A DNA stretch of 32,000 bases from the NCBI GenBank assembly GCA_963718585.1, contig OY970357.1:150001-182000 (forward strand). Direction: 5' to 3'. Origin of the DNA: Candidatus Saccharimonadota bacterium. GTDB taxonomy: Bacteria > Patescibacteriota > Patescibacteriia > 2-12-FULL-60-25. Below, piece after piece: positions 31,110 through 32,000 of this stretch. Positions within the stretch are counted from its first letter, which is position 1. The number at the start of each line of letters is the position of its first letter. The position numbers and the translations under genes are program-made. The notes under the pieces are model-generated. The model saw only the letters and a list, made by a program, of their open reading frames with translations, did not search any database and had not been told where the DNA came from.

Positions 31110-32000
31110 TCAATATCTGAATCCCTTCCGGCCGATGGGGCGCTTCCGTCGCGGCTTCTGTCCTTTTTTGGTGACGTTCATCATGTCTTTGTCTGAGATG
31201 GCGACGGTCTGCGCCTTGATCACGATCGGCGTGCCCTGGAAACCGAATTTTTCGCGAAGACGATTCTCGAAATATCGAAGCCAGGATTCATGGAGGTTGC
31301 CTTTGCGACCGCGGACCGTGATCTGGAATCGTGGCGGATCGATCCCGATCTGCGTCACATCGTGGACGTACGGGGAGAAGGCACCGACTTCGGCGAGTGG
31401 TTTTTTCCGCGCAAGGACGACCTTCAAGAATTTTTGCAGGGCGTTGTATGTGATCTGGCGCCGGCGTTCCTCACGGATGTTGAAGGCAAGGTCCAGGACC
31501 TTGTGGACGCGTTGACGGTCTTTGGCGGAGATGAAGATGATCGGCGCCCAGGCGAGGAACGGAAAATCCCGACGCAATCGCTGCTCGAATTCCTTTGTGC
31601 TCTTTTCTGTCTTGTCCGGAACCAGATCCCATTTGTTCGCGACGAGGACGAGTCCCTTGGTCTCGTCTTTCATCAGACCGGCGAGACGCTTGTCTTCCTT
31701 TTTTGGCGACTCGGTCGCGTCAAAGACGAGGAGGGCGATGTCCGCCCGCTTGAGCGCCAGCCGGTTGCGTTCGAGGCTTTCTTCCTCCAGCCCGGGTTCC
31801 GCAAGCGAACGACGTCGCATGCCGGCTGTGTCCACCAGGGTCACGGGTTCACCTTTCCATTCCAACGCCGTGTCGATCGGCTCGCGTGTCGTGTGCGCGA
31901 TGGGGGAGACGATGACGCGTTCCTCGCCGAGGATCCCGTTGACGAGCGAGGATTTCCCGACATTCGGTCGGCCCATGACCACGACACGAAGGCCGCCAGG
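31110..32000 (-). CDS. der: GTPase Der/EngA, C-terminal part (second GTPase domain + KH-like domain); N-terminus lies beyond the window
   Basis: GRPNVGKSSLVN (G1), DTAGMRR (G3), NKWD (G4) and a KH-like tail match Der. The frame stays open to base 32000. Confidence 0.9.
   Translation of the reverse strand, partial: PGGLRVVVMGRPNVGKSSLVNGILGEERVIVSPIAHTTREPIDTALEWKGEPVTLVDTAGMRRRSLAEPGLEEESLERNRLALKRADIALLVFDATESPKKEDKRLAGLMKDETKGLVLVANKWDLVPDKTEKSTKEFEQRLRRDFPFLAWAPIIFISAKDRQRVHKVLDLAFNIREERRRQITYNALQKFLKVVLARKKPLAEVGAFSPYVHDVTQIGIDPPRFQITVRGRKGNLHESWLRYFENRLREKFGFQGTPIVIKAQTVAISDKDMMNVTKKGQKPRRKRPIGRKGFRY

Noticed and set aside
1-32000. CRISPR arrays, IS elements/transposases, integrases, toxin-antitoxin or known defence-system genes
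   Set aside because: I looked for regularly spaced direct repeats, terminal inverted repeats flanking ORFs, and recombinase/nuclease motifs in all listed ORFs, and found none. The only repeat structures are the tRNA-3'-end copies and the intragenic S5 repeats reported above.

Overview
This is a GC-rich, tightly packed bacterial core-genome window, and almost all of it is housekeeping. Positions 1-7650 hold the distal S10/spc ribosomal-protein cluster: S19 (5'-partial), L22, S3, L16, L29, S17, L14, L24, L5, Zn-type S14, S8, L6, L18, S5, L15 and SecY, with no L30. A 9-TM presenilin/signal-peptide-peptidase-like GxGD protease then sits between secY and adk-map. After that come ruvX-recO, an orphan basic protein, asnS, two membrane-anchored surface proteins, a bacterial-type aspS lacking the GAD insertion, scpA-scpB, an S11 DD-carboxypeptidase and a GT4 glycosyltransferase. 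Next is a three-tRNA island (initiator fMet, a second CAT tRNA, Leu-CAA), then parA-parB, a short 500-aa Rel/SpoT and a 652-aa acidic coiled-coil protein. topA-dprA-pth-der (3'-partial window edge) lie on the minus strand. I see no CRISPR array, transposase, integrase or recognisable defence gene. The most unusual signal is non-coding. Each of the two CAT tRNA genes has its own terminator, followed by a ~130-160 nt structured module that ends in a copy of that tRNA's 3' end plus another strong hairpin. The two modules share a GGAGGGTC motif, a covarying hairpin and GTGAGAYC-like octamers. They could be decayed or miniature att-flanked elements, or a tRNA-3'-end-mimicking RNA family. Secondary observations are a near-invariant T at -1 of start codons with few Shine-Dalgarno tracts, promoters abutting start codons, and a perfect 20-bp palindrome inside the rel promoter. 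The reduced gene forms (no L30, GAD-less AspRS, truncated Rel) are compatible with, but do not prove, a CPR/Patescibacteria-like origin.
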